DNA of 64,000 bases. It comes from Candidatus Hydrogenedentota bacterium (GTDB taxonomy: Bacteria > Hydrogenedentota > Hydrogenedentia > Hydrogenedentales > SLHB01). The translations under genes and the position numbers were made by a program. Below the pieces are notes generated by a model that had not been told where the DNA came from, ran no database searches, and worked only from the letters and a program-made list of their open reading frames with translations. Positions 18,909-28,333 of this stretch are shown piece by piece (the first letter of the stretch is position 1; each line of letters starts with the position of its first letter). The DNA lies in assembly GCA_036789645.1 (NCBI GenBank), contig DAIQLC010000002.1, positions 22,398 to 86,397 of the forward strand, read 5' to 3'.

Positions 18909-19103
18909 TTATTCCTTGGTAGGCTTATTGCATACGTCACAGATCTTGATCTTGGACACGATGTCAAACAGCCACATCGGCGCCCAGAGGCCAAGCGTGA
19001 AAATGGTCAGCCACATGTGCTGCCGGTGGTTGACCTCGTCGTAGTGGTACGTGACCGGCTTGCCGCAGTGGCAGCATGGGACAGTGGGAGTCTGGGTCGT
19101 CAT
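18909..19103 (-). CDS. Small LITAF-like zinc-ribbon membrane protein (64 aa).
   Basis: ATG at 19103 with strong RBS gagaaaggaaacgaac. CxxC knuckle (PCCHCGK), then a hydrophobic segment MWLTIFTLGLWAPMWLF, then a second CxxC (KICDVCNK). This is the split zinc-ribbon architecture of the LITAF/SIMPLE-like domain. Confidence 0.6.
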   Translation of the reverse strand: MTTQTPTVPCCHCGKPVTYHYDEVNHRQHMWLTIFTLGLWAPMWLFDIVSKIKICDVCNKPTKE

Positions 19104-19215
19104 GTTCGTTTCCTTTCTCAAGCCTGACGGACCGGCATTTGCGGTGAATGCCCCGGGCGCGGTCAATCAGGGAACCGAATTCAGTGAATACACGGCTGCG
19201 TCGAGAAAGGGGGGA

Positions 19216-19587
19216 TCACACCTGAAGCTGGCGTTTGAGAAGCAATACGGCGCGGGAACCCCAGGCGGCCGGGGCGCGCATTGCCGGCCGGGGCGCGGAG
19301 GGCGCCGCCGAGGGCAGGTCGAACGTGAAGGCGGCAACCCCGGGCGGGCCGCCGCACTCCAGCGGGAGGCGCAGCCCCTTCCAGGTGCTGGCCGGGCCGG
19401 ACTGGACCACGGCAATCCAGCTGGAATGATCGGTTTCGAGGGTGGTCTGCTGTGGTGAGCCGGGGAGCGTGGGCGGCGCCTCGAGGAAGCAAACCGGAAC
19501 GCACGCCATGGTCAGCACGACCACTGCGGCTGCTGTCCGCTGCAACGGGGTCCGGAGGGTTCCAGAGTATGGAGCAACATTGCGCAT
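19216..19587 (-). CDS. Possible small exported protein or lipoprotein (weak).
   Basis: ORF between the permease and the LITAF-like gene on the same strand. Hydrophobic N-terminus AAAVVVLTMAC. No RBS, Pro/Ala-rich. Confidence 0.25.
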   Translation of the reverse strand: MRNVAPYSGTLRTPLQRTAAAVVVLTMACVPVCFLEAPPTLPGSPQQTTLETDHSSWIAVVQSGPASTWKGLRLPLECGGPPGVAAFTFDLPSAAPSAPRPAMRAPAAWGSRAVLLLKRQLQV

Positions 19588-19784
19588 AGGACCAATTATA
19601 GCGGGAATCAGGCGCATCGGCAACGAACGCACTTGGCCCGATTCGGCGGGCACGGACGTTGGGGGCGGGGGCGCCGCCGGAGCCGGCCTGCACGTCGCGG
19701 CAGGCAGAAGGTCCGCGAGGGTCCGCTGGACGGCGTGGGGGACGCCCTTGGAGAGGGCGGGCTGATTCGGGCGGGAGGCGCGGG

Positions 19785-21053
19785 CTATTCGTGGCGCAGG
19801 GCCTCTATCGGGTCAAGGTTTGCCGCGCGGACGGCCGGGTAGATGCCGAAGACGATGCCGACAGCCATGCTGATGCCCACGGAGAGGACCAGGCTGTCGG
19901 GTGTGACAACGGTGGGCATGCCGGAGAAACGGGTCACCAGCCAGGGAATCGAAACGCCGATGCCGATGCCGATAAATCCCCCGAGGGTCGACAGCACCAC
20001 GGTTTCAATCAGGAACTGTACCACGATCTGTTTGCGTTTGGCGCCGATGGCGCGCCGCACGCCGATTTCGCGGGTGCGCTCCGTGACCGAGGCGAGCATG
20101 ATATTCATGATGCCGATGCCCCCCACCAGGAGGCTGATGCCGGCAATGGAGCCGAGCACGATGTTGAAATTGCGCTTGGTGGCTTCCGCCTGGCGCAGCA
20201 AGGCCAGCGGGACGCTGACCCGGTAGTCGGTTTTCTTGTGAAAGCGTTCGAGCATGCGCGTGATGCCCGCGGCCGTGGGTTCGACTTCTTCGTCGCTGCG
20301 GATCTGGACGATAAGCTGGTGCAGTTCGACGCGAGCCATTTCGCGCGACCCGCTTGTCCGGCGGATGATCATGTCGCCAAAGCACGACCGGGCCACGTTG
20401 AGCGGAATGTAGGCATCGACTTCCTGGTCGGGCGTTTGAATCGTTCCGCCCTGCTCGGCTTCGCTCTGGACAATGCCGACGACCTCAAAGTATTCGCTTC
20501 CGATGCGCAACTGCGCTCCGATGGCGCGTTCGGTGGCGAGCAGCCTGCGCGCTCCGTACTCGGTGAGTACGACGACGTGGGCGTGGGTGTCGACATCTCG
20601 CTGAAAAATGCCCCGTCCTGCGATGAACGACCGCTGGACGAGATCAAACCAGGCGGGGGTGGTCCCTACGACGCGCAGTTCGAGGGCGCGTTCGTAAAGG
20701 CGGCCCTCTTTCCGGACCTCTTTGACGGGCGCAGTGCGCTGGACCGCGGGAAAGGTCTCGATGATGCGCTGCTCGTCATCGTACAGGAGACCGTACATGC
20801 TCATATGGCTTTGGACGTTGGCGACGGCTTCGTCTTCGACGGGTTTGATGGTGGAGATGAGAATATTGGTGCTGCCGAGTTTGCGGATCTGTTCGAGGGC
20901 TTCTTTGCTGGCGCCCTCGCCGATAGACAGCATGGCAATGACGCTCGATACGCCGAATACGATGCCGAGCATGGTCAGCAGCGAACGGAGTTTGTGCAGC
21001 ATAAGCGACTTGATGCCGAGGTGGATGTTTCGCGCTAGGTTGAAGATCTGCAT
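19785..21053 (-). CDS. ABC transporter permease, MacB/FtsX family.
   Basis: N-terminal TM helix, large periplasmic domain, C-terminal FtsX-like 3-TM bundle (GGIGIMNIMLASVTERTREIGVRRAIGA). ATG at 21053 overlaps the upstream stop (TGATG); a GTG at 21056 is also possible. Confidence 0.85.
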   Translation of the reverse strand: MQIFNLARNIHLGIKSLMLHKLRSLLTMLGIVFGVSSVIAMLSIGEGASKEALEQIRKLGSTNILISTIKPVEDEAVANVQSHMSMYGLLYDDEQRIIETFPAVQRTAPVKEVRKEGRLYERALELRVVGTTPAWFDLVQRSFIAGRGIFQRDVDTHAHVVVLTEYGARRLLATERAIGAQLRIGSEYFEVVGIVQSEAEQGGTIQTPDQEVDAYIPLNVARSCFGDMIIRRTSGSREMARVELHQLIVQIRSDEEVEPTAAGITRMLERFHKKTDYRVSVPLALLRQAEATKRNFNIVLGSIAGISLLVGGIGIMNIMLASVTERTREIGVRRAIGAKRKQIVVQFLIETVVLSTLGGFIGIGIGVSIPWLVTRFSGMPTVVTPDSLVLSVGISMAVGIVFGIYPAVRAANLDPIEALRHE

Positions 21054-21769
21054 CACGCGTCATCCTCGATGCGTTCGATGTGGCCGTCGAGCATGTGGAT
21101 CCGGCGTTTTGCATGCAGCGCGATGCTGGGTTCGTGGGTCACCATGATGATGGTCTTGCCCTGCCGGTTCAGGTCGCACAGGAGCGCCATGATCTGATCC
21201 CCCGTAGACGTGTCGAGGTTGCCGGTCGGCTCGTCCGCGAGGATGATTTTGGGGTCGTTGGCGAGCGCGCGCGCAATGGCCACGCGCTGCTGTTGCCCAC
21301 CGGACAATTCGGTCGGGCGGTGACGCAGCCGTTGCGAGAGACCGACGGTTTCGGCCAGTTCGGCGGCGTGTGCCGCGCTTTTTTCCGTACTCCACCCCAG
21401 GTAAAACAGCGGCAGGGCGATGTTCTCGAGCACGGTCAACTGAGGGATGAGGTTGAAGCTCTGGAACACGAACCCGAGATGCTTGAGACGGATGTCGCTC
21501 AGGCGGTCGTCGTCCAGTTTGCTGACGTCCTCGCCCGCGATCATATAACAACCCGAGGAAGGGCGGTCGAGGCATCCGAGGAGGTTGAGCATCGTGCTTT
21601 TGCCCGAGCCGCTCGGGCCCATCACGGCGCAGAAGGCGCCGGGGGCAAACGCGAGGGAGACATTATCCACGGCATGCACTTCCTGCTCGCCGACCGTGTA
21701 GGTCTTGCTAACGTGCTCGAGGCGGATAACGTCCGTGCCGGCGTCGGGCTGGGTAGGAATGGGTGTCAC
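21053..21769 (-). CDS. ABC transporter ATP-binding protein (MacB/LolD-type).
   Basis: Walker [10 protein letters not shown], signature [15 protein letters not shown], Walker [15 protein letters not shown] start overlapping the adaptor gene stop (GTGA). Confidence 0.9.
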   Translation of the reverse strand: MTPIPTQPDAGTDVIRLEHVSKTYTVGEQEVHAVDNVSLAFAPGAFCAVMGPSGSGKSTMLNLLGCLDRPSSGCYMIAGEDVSKLDDDRLSDIRLKHLGFVFQSFNLIPQLTVLENIALPLFYLGWSTEKSAAHAAELAETVGLSQRLRHRPTELSGGQQQRVAIARALANDPKIILADEPTGNLDTSTGDQIMALLCDLNRQGKTIIMVTHEPSIALHAKRRIHMLDGHIERIEDDA

Positions 21770-23571
21770 GGGTTCTCAGGCGCCCCCTCGGCGGGCCGTC
21801 CGCCGCCGCGCCGGCCCCTGCGCTGCATGAACTGTTCCCGTTCCTCGGGAGACATGTTCTGCAAGCGTTCCTCCATTTCCTTGCGCATCTTCTCGCGCTC
21901 CTCCGGCGAGGCATTGCGGAAGCGGTCGCGCATGGTATCCGCATCGGTGCTTTCGGCAGCGGCCGGCGCCTGTTCCGGTTCCGGTTTCGGCGCGGGCGCC
22001 GTTTCGGCCGCGGGTTCGGCGCTGGCCGGCGCAGCCGGTTCCGTGATTTCGGCGGGGAACTCGTCCAGCGGCCCTTCGCCGTTTTCGTGCTTGTCAATGG
22101 CGAGCGGCGGGTTCAGCAGGACGGATTCCCCTTGCTCAAGCCCACTCAGGATGTGCACCATGCGGTTGTTGTCGAGGCCGAGTTCCACATCGCGCGGGGC
22201 GACGCTGTTGCCTTTTGCCACATAGACGGTGGGCGTGCCCGCTACGCGGACGACAGCTTGTACGGGGATATACAGGGCGTCGCTGTAGCGTTCGACGATG
22301 ATCTCGGCGAGGCACGACACGCCGGTGCGGAGGCCGTCCGGGTCGCCCTCGATCACGATGTCGGTGTTGTAGACCTTGAGGTCGGGGTTGAGCCAGACGC
22401 TCTGGGCGTCGGGCAGCGGGGCTACCGAGGCAATCCGGCCCTGGTAGGTCTTGTCGGGCGCCGTTTCGGTGGTGATCCGGACGGGCAGCCCGGGCTTAAT
22501 CTTGGTGAGACTGGCTTCGTGTACGTCGACTTCAGCCATGAAGGATGAACCGGTCGGCAGGTAGATGAGTTCCTGCCGTTCACGCACGACCTGCCCTTCT
22601 TCGAGCGGTTCGGTGCTGCCGCGCCAACTCCCGCGGACCGACGTTGCGTAAACGACCAGCCCATCCGCCGGGGCGTAGATCTTCGTCTTTTCAATTTGCG
22701 TGACGATCTTGTCCAGCTTGTCTTTCTGGCGGAGGTACTCGGATTCTTTGGCTTTCAGGTCGGCTTCGGACTGCACGACATCGGCCGCGGCCTTGCGTTC
22801 CGTGCGTTCCAGGGCCATGCCCGCCTGGCGGACATCGCTTTCCAGCTGCGCCATGGTCCGCTTGTAGGTGAAATCTGTCAGGAGACGTTTCTGGTCTTCG
22901 GCCAGTTCGAGATCGAGCTTGGCTTTGACGAGATCCTGGCGGTCGGCTTCGAGTTCGATGGGCGTGATGAAGTCTTCCTTGGCGAGTTTCTCGGAGCCCG
23001 CGAGCTGTTCTTCAGCACGCGCGGCCGCGCCCTTGGCCAGGGTGATCCGCGCCTCGGCTTCCTTCAGCTGTTTGGGGAACTCGCCGTCGACGAAGTTCTT
23101 GAGGTCTTCTTCCGCGAATTGCAGGGTGAGTTTGGCCTTATCGACGTCGCTGGCGGCCTGGTTTTTCGCGACTTCGAGCTGTTCCCGCGCGCTGATGTAG
23201 GAGGCCTCGGCATTTTGAACGCGGATCTCCTGGTCCACGCGGAGATCCACGAGGCTGCTGGCGTCCAGTTCAATGAGCAGCTCGCCTTTCTTGACGTTCT
23301 TGCCCTCCTCGACAATCGAGAGGATCTGGGTCTGGCCCTCGACCTCGCATTTGATCACTTCCTGTTCCCGCGCCTTGATCGTGCCGGAAACGTTGATGCT
23401 GATCGTCAGAGGGCCTCGCTGAACCTCAAAAATGGCGCGCTCGGTTGTCGTGGTGCTGGTGTCGGTGGTTCGGGCCAGGACGCCATTAAGAACGACAAGC
23501 GAAAAGACCACAAATGCGAGCGCGCCACCAGCGGCCGCCCACCGAGTCCGGTTCATGTGGGGGAGCTTCAT
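21766..23571 (-). CDS. Efflux periplasmic adaptor (membrane fusion protein, HlyD/MacA family) with a Pro/Ala/Glu-rich C-terminal extension.
   Basis: N-terminal anchor WAAAGGALAFVVFSLVVL, a long coiled-coil hairpin, and a beta-barrel/lipoyl region (KIYAPADGLVVY). The C-terminal ~110 aa is low-complexity (PAPKPEPEQAPAAAE...EEREKMRKEMEE). Confidence 0.85.
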   Translation of the reverse strand: MKLPHMNRTRWAAAGGALAFVVFSLVVLNGVLARTTDTSTTTTERAIFEVQRGPLTISINVSGTIKAREQEVIKCEVEGQTQILSIVEEGKNVKKGELLIELDASSLVDLRVDQEIRVQNAEASYISAREQLEVAKNQAASDVDKAKLTLQFAEEDLKNFVDGEFPKQLKEAEARITLAKGAAARAEEQLAGSEKLAKEDFITPIELEADRQDLVKAKLDLELAEDQKRLLTDFTYKRTMAQLESDVRQAGMALERTERKAAADVVQSEADLKAKESEYLRQKDKLDKIVTQIEKTKIYAPADGLVVYATSVRGSWRGSTEPLEEGQVVRERQELIYLPTGSSFMAEVDVHEASLTKIKPGLPVRITTETAPDKTYQGRIASVAPLPDAQSVWLNPDLKVYNTDIVIEGDPDGLRTGVSCLAEIIVERYSDALYIPVQAVVRVAGTPTVYVAKGNSVAPRDVELGLDNNRMVHILSGLEQGESVLLNPPLAIDKHENGEGPLDEFPAEITEPAAPASAEPAAETAPAPKPEPEQAPAAAESTDADTMRDRFRNASPEEREKMRKEMEERLQNMSPEEREQFMQRRGRRGGGRPAEGAPENP

Positions 23572-23692
23572 ATCACCTCTCGATTAACGTGTAGCGTGCA
23601 CCGCGCCTCGGGCGTTGCCGCGACGGCATGCCGCGAGTTCGCGGCCCTTGCGCGCAGCCGAAGCAGGCCGTCGTGCTGCCCGATTCAGCGGG

Positions 23693-24433
23693 CTATTCTT
23701 CCCGGCGGGCGCCCTGGCCACCCCCGCCGGCTTGGCGGCCGCGGAACGTGGTGGCCTGTTTCCAGGTTTCAAGCTGTTCATTGGACAGGATTTGCGCCAG
23801 ATCGGTGTCAAGTTTGGTCTTGAGGGCCGTCATTTTTTCGCGCAGCGCGGCGAAATCCTGCTGTTCGCCAGCGCCCGGAGTCCACAATTTGGCCTGCTCC
23901 AGGCTGTAGGCAAAGACGAGATCAAAGGCCTTGGCCTGTTTGTCTTCCAGTTTGAAGCCCGCCAGCACGTGAACCATCCGGTCGAGGGAATTGTTGAATC
24001 CACCGAGCTGGTCCACCGCCTTCTTGGCCTGCTCTTCGGTCAGGAAGGCGGCCAGGGCGGCGGCAAACTTGTCGCGCTCGGACTTGCGGATCTCCTCAAA
24101 GGCCGTGCGGATTGCACCGCGCGCGCCTTCGCGGTCACCGCCTTCCGCCCGCATTTCTTCGCGCTTCTTGTTGACGGCTTCGCCGTACGCGGTCTGGGCG
24201 TCGGTATAGGCTTTCACGAGTTTTCCGGTGGCTTCCTCGGCAAGCTCCAGCTTGCCCGCCACGTGTTTGGCCTCGAGGGTCCAGGCCGCTTTCAGCTGTT
24301 CGGGGGTCATGCGCGCGGCCCGGCCGGGGCCTTGCGCGTGGGCTGTCGCTGTCGCGAACAGGAAGACAACCAACAGAATACCGGCCAACGAAGCAATACC
24401 ACGTCCTGCGGCAGCAAGATTCCGCTTTCTCAT
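23693..24433 (-). CDS. Spy/CpxP/ZraP-family periplasmic protein (LTxxQ motif).
   Basis: Signal peptide, then an all-helical sequence with MTPEQLKAAW and LTEEQAKKA repeats. First gene of the minus-strand efflux operon. Confidence 0.7.
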   Translation of the reverse strand: MRKRNLAAAGRGIASLAGILLVVFLFATATAHAQGPGRAARMTPEQLKAAWTLEAKHVAGKLELAEEATGKLVKAYTDAQTAYGEAVNKKREEMRAEGGDREGARGAIRTAFEEIRKSERDKFAAALAAFLTEEQAKKAVDQLGGFNNSLDRMVHVLAGFKLEDKQAKAFDLVFAYSLEQAKLWTPGAGEQQDFAALREKMTALKTKLDTDLAQILSNEQLETWKQATTFRGRQAGGGGQGARREE

Positions 24434-25231
24434 CGTCGTGACCCTTTCTTTCCGGCGCCGCGCACCCCTCGCGCATGCCGTTGCATGTATTCGCCAATGA
24501 CCCGATACTCGACGTGGGGGGAGGCCGAACTGCCTGGGGAGAATACTCCACCTCCCGTACCCTACTCTGCAGCACTTTTCACAGGGGCTAATGATGCCTC
24601 ATACGGGCGGGTCAGGTCAACGCCGAGGCCCAATGGCACGTCAGAAAAAGGGCACCCGCGGGGGGTGACTGACCGAGGTGCGTCCATGGCAGGTTGTAAT
24701 GCACTGTATATACAAGGGTTAGCTCCTCCGTGCCACTTCGATTTGTTGCCGTGTGCCATGCGTGCGGCCTGTGGGCAGGAGGCTCCTCATTTTACAGTCC
24801 AGGCCCGCGTGGGGGCGTCCAGCTGGGATTTCGTGCGTGGTGAATTGTTGACCCGGCAGCGCGTTCCGCCGCATGCCGTGCCCTCCGGCTGAACCACGGT
24901 GATGCAGTTCTTTCTCAGAATCATCCTCCCAAAGCCCCCGGATCATCTGCGAGCGTGCTACAATATGAGTGCGGTCTGGTTTATGTGACTCAACTGAATT
25001 CCGAATGGTGGTGATCCGTGCGTCCGACAAGCCTTCCGACGAGGGGTTCTCCAGTAGCATAGTAATCTATCGCCAACCTTTTCAGACCGCGTGCTGACGT
25101 GTCCGGCAGATGCGAAAGGCATAAAGAGGCGGCGTGAGGGCGGGCTGCGTGTGCCAGTGTGCACAAAAGAATCTCTCGCCAGAACGACGGGTCGGAACTC
25201 GCGTCTCCCCCAAAACCAAGGAGAGTGTGTC

Positions 25232-25522
25232 ATGGAGTCGATAGTGCCGTTGATTATCCAGTTGGTGAGTGGCGCCGTGGGCGGGAACATTGCGGGTTCG
25301 CTGATGAAGAACTCGTCTTTGGGCGTCGCCCTGAACTCGATTGCCGGGATTGTCGGGGGCGGTGTTGGCGGACAGATACTCCAGGCCCTGCTGGGGGCGG
25401 GCGCCAGCGGTGGCGGCATGGATATCGGCAGCATCATCAGCAGTATTGCCGGCGGTGGTGTCGGCGGCGGGCTCTTGATGGCGATCATCGGCATTATCAA
25501 GAAGGCAGCCGCTCAGAAGTAA
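25232..25522 (+). CDS. GlsB/YeaQ/YmgE family stress-response membrane protein (transglycosylase-associated protein family).
   Basis: ATG at 25232 after caaggagag. Gly-rich amphipathic TM repeats (AVGGNIAGSLM, GIVGGGVGGQIL, GGGVGGGLLMAIIGII). Confidence 0.75.
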   Translation: MESIVPLIIQLVSGAVGGNIAGSLMKNSSLGVALNSIAGIVGGGVGGQILQALLGAGASGGGMDIGSIISSIAGGGVGGGLLMAIIGIIKKAAAQK

Positions 25523-25699
25523 CGTCGTGTCCGGCAGGAGCAGGGTGCTGGCAGGTGTCAGCGCGCCATGATTCCCGTTGTTGAGCCGGTATCCGGTTTC
25601 GGTTGTAGTGCGGCCGACGGCGCGTTTCGTGCGAATCGGTCGCATCTGCACTTATGGCAGGCCGGTCTTTGATCTGTGGGTAAACGAAAGGAGAACAAG

Positions 25700-26392
25700 A
25701 TGAGACGGTATGGCGCGGAATTCATCGGGACGTTCTGGCTGGTGCTTGGGGGGTGCGGCAGCGCCGTGCTGGCGGCGGCGTTTCCCGATGTGGGGATTGG
25801 GCTGCTTGGGGTTTCGCTGGCGTTCGGGTTGACCGTGTTGACCATGGCGTTTGCGATCGGTCACATTTCCGGGTGCCACCTCAACCCGGCGGTTTCCGTG
25901 GGGCTGTGGGCAGGCGGGCGTTTTCCGGCCCGGGACCTGCTGCCGTATATTGTGGCGCAGGTGCTGGGCGGCATCGCCGCCGGCGGTGTCCTGTATGTCA
26001 TCGCCAGCGGGGCGGCGGGTTTTCAGACGTCCGCCGGTTTTGCCTCCAACGGCTACGGCGCGCATTCCCCCGGCGGGTACAGCCTGGTGTCCGCCCTGGT
26101 CTGCGAGGTGGTCATGACGATGATGTTCCTGATCGTGATTCTGGGCGCTACCGACAAGCGCGCGCCGCAAGGGCTGGCGCCGGTGGCGATTGGGTTCTGT
26201 CTGACGCTCATCCACCTGATCAGCATCCCCGTTACCAACACGTCGGTGAATCCCGCGCGCAGCACGGGCGTTGCCGTCTATGTGGGCGACTGGGCGCTGG
26301 CGCAGCTCTGGCTTTTCTGGGTTGCGCCCATTGTTGGCGCCGTGCTCGGCGCCGTAATCTACCGTTTCATCAGCGCCGAAGAAGAGGCGTAG
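25700..26392 (+). CDS. aqpZ: Aquaporin Z.
   Basis: Near-collinear with E. coli AqpZ ([18 protein letters not shown]..., [21 protein letters not shown]; both NPA boxes present). RBS aaaggagaac before the ATG at 25700. Confidence 0.9.
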   Translation: MRRYGAEFIGTFWLVLGGCGSAVLAAAFPDVGIGLLGVSLAFGLTVLTMAFAIGHISGCHLNPAVSVGLWAGGRFPARDLLPYIVAQVLGGIAAGGVLYVIASGAAGFQTSAGFASNGYGAHSPGGYSLVSALVCEVVMTMMFLIVILGATDKRAPQGLAPVAIGFCLTLIHLISIPVTNTSVNPARSTGVAVYVGDWALAQLWLFWVAPIVGAVLGAVIYRFISAEEEA

Positions 26393-26735
26393 TCTACAAC
26401 GCATCGATACGGGCATGGGCCGCACGGGAGGGCGGAACCCCGCCTGCGGGGGCGGCCATGCCGGGACCCCCCCAACCCTATCGCCCTGCGTGAACTCTGT
26501 CTTTCCGGACGGGTACGGCGCCGGATGTCCGCGGGCAGTGCACCGGGGACTACGCCGGTTAGCGCGCAGGGTGGCAGCGGAACGGACGATAGGGATATGA
26601 TGCGCACGTGGCGCCGCCCCCGGACCGTTGTGTGCTCTGCCGTCTCGAAGTGAGCCGGCCGGCAAACCCGCGAGGTTCCGCGTCCGGGCGCATCGCGAGA
26701 CGGATCTGGCCGGAATGTCACGGAGGAGGTATTGG

Positions 26736-28220
26736 ATGGACAGGATTCTCGTCGGCAAGGGCGACCAGCAGGTGAACCTGCTGGCGAAGTATGGCAACCG
26801 GCACGGGCTGATCGCGGGCGCCACCGGCACGGGCAAGACCATCTCGCTGATGGTGCTGGCCGAAGGTTTTTCCCGGCTGGGCGTGCCGGTCTTCATTGCG
26901 GATGTAAAAAGCGACGTCGCCGGGCTGGCGATGGCGGGAGTGGCCAACGAAAAGCTCCAGCAACGCGTGGCGCAAATCGGCATCGAGGACTATGCCAGCG
27001 AGGCGAGTCCGGTGGTGTTCTGGGACGTCTTTGGCACGAGCGGACACCGGGTGCGTACGACGGTCAGCGAGATCGGCCCGAGCCTGCTGGCCCGGATTCT
27101 CGAACTCAACGACACCCAGACGGGCACGCTGGAGATCGCGTTCAAACTGGCCGATGACCAGGGCCTGCTCCTGCTCGACCTGGACGATCTGCGCGCGCTG
27201 CTCACGTTCGTTGCGGAAGAACGCAAGGAGATCTCGAAAGTGTACGGGCTGGTGAGTTCGCCGTCGGTGGCCGCCATTCAGCGGGCGCTGCTGGGATTGG
27301 AGCGGGAAGGCGGGGGATCGCTTTTTGGCGAACCTGCGCTGGAACTCACCGACCTGATGCGCACCGATCTCAGCGGCCGGGGCATCATCAATATCCTGTC
27401 GTCGGACCAGCTCGTTTTGAAGCCGAGGCTCTACTCCAGCCTGCTTCTGTGGCTGCTGTCGGAGCTGTTCGAGAACCTTCCCGAAGTGGGCGACCTCGAC
27501 AAGCCCAAACTGGCGTTCTTTTTTGATGAAGCGCATCTGCTGTTTGACGACGCGCCGGCGGTGTTGCGGCAGCGGGTGGAACAGGTTGTCCGCATCATCC
27601 GGTCCAAAGGCGTGGGCGTCTATTTCTGCTCGCAATTCCCCGACGACGTGCCGAACGAGATCCTCGGACAGCTTGGAAACCGGATTCAGCATGCGCTGCG
27701 TGCGTACACGCCCCGTGACCAGAAAGCGGTAAAGACCGCCGCCGAAACCTTCGTCGCCAACCCGAAGCTGGACGTGGCCGGGGTGATTTCACAGCTCGGG
27801 GTGGGCGAAGCGCTGGTTTCCACCTTGCAGGAGAAGGGCGTGCCGATGCCGGTCGAGCGCACGCTGATCTGCCCGCCGCGCTGCCGGATGGGGGCAATCA
27901 CCCCGGAAGAACGGGCCGCCGTCATCGCGCGCAGTCCCGTTGGCGCGCGGTACGACACGCCGGTGAACCGCGAATCGGCGTACGAGATCCTGGGCCGGCG
28001 GACTTCGGAGAAAGCGGAGGAATCCCGTCCTCCGGAAGCGGAGGCCGAAAAGGCCGCCGAACGCGGCGGCATGATCAAAGACCTGCTCTGGGGCACCAAA
28101 CGCCGCCAGGGCATGGTGGAGACGTTCGCCAAACAGGCCGCCCGTACCGTCGGGAGCAAGGTCGGGCAAACCATATTGCGCGGCGTGCTGGGGGGGATCC
28201 TGGGCGGCTCGCGGCGGTAA
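26736..28220 (+). CDS. HerA-like helicase / DUF853 family ATPase (YjgR-like).
   Basis: Walker A GATGTGKT, Walker-B-like LAFFFDEAHLLF, Gly-rich C-terminal tail. RBS ggaggagg before the ATG at 26736. Confidence 0.8.
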   Translation: MDRILVGKGDQQVNLLAKYGNRHGLIAGATGTGKTISLMVLAEGFSRLGVPVFIADVKSDVAGLAMAGVANEKLQQRVAQIGIEDYASEASPVVFWDVFGTSGHRVRTTVSEIGPSLLARILELNDTQTGTLEIAFKLADDQGLLLLDLDDLRALLTFVAEERKEISKVYGLVSSPSVAAIQRALLGLEREGGGSLFGEPALELTDLMRTDLSGRGIINILSSDQLVLKPRLYSSLLLWLLSELFENLPEVGDLDKPKLAFFFDEAHLLFDDAPAVLRQRVEQVVRIIRSKGVGVYFCSQFPDDVPNEILGQLGNRIQHALRAYTPRDQKAVKTAAETFVANPKLDVAGVISQLGVGEALVSTLQEKGVPMPVERTLICPPRCRMGAITPEERAAVIARSPVGARYDTPVNRESAYEILGRRTSEKAEESRPPEAEAEKAAERGGMIKDLLWGTKRRQGMVETFAKQAARTVGSKVGQTILRGVLGGILGGSRR

Positions 28221-28333
28221 GACGGCGCCCGGAGAAAACGGGACGAGCCGTGTTCTTCCTGCCTGCGGGGACCTGAGTTCCCGCGTGACCGGAGTTCGTC
28301 AGGCCTGGCGCATCGCGCGCCTGTCCGGAGAAT

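Noticed and set aside
15958-19044. 1028-aa plus-strand ORF spanning two minus-strand genes
   Set aside because: Antisense of 16114..18717 and of the LITAF-like gene. It is low-complexity (Arg/Gly/Ala-rich) with no domains; a GC artefact.
19181-19693. 170-aa minus-strand ORF
   Set aside because: Pro/Arg/Ala low-complexity translation overlapping a different frame. Only the shorter 19216..19587 frame was retained, at low confidence.
24562-25060. Small minus-strand ORFs (65 aa and 113 aa) in the large intergenic region
   Set aside because: No RBS, no hydrophobic or domain features, composition like the surrounding non-coding DNA.
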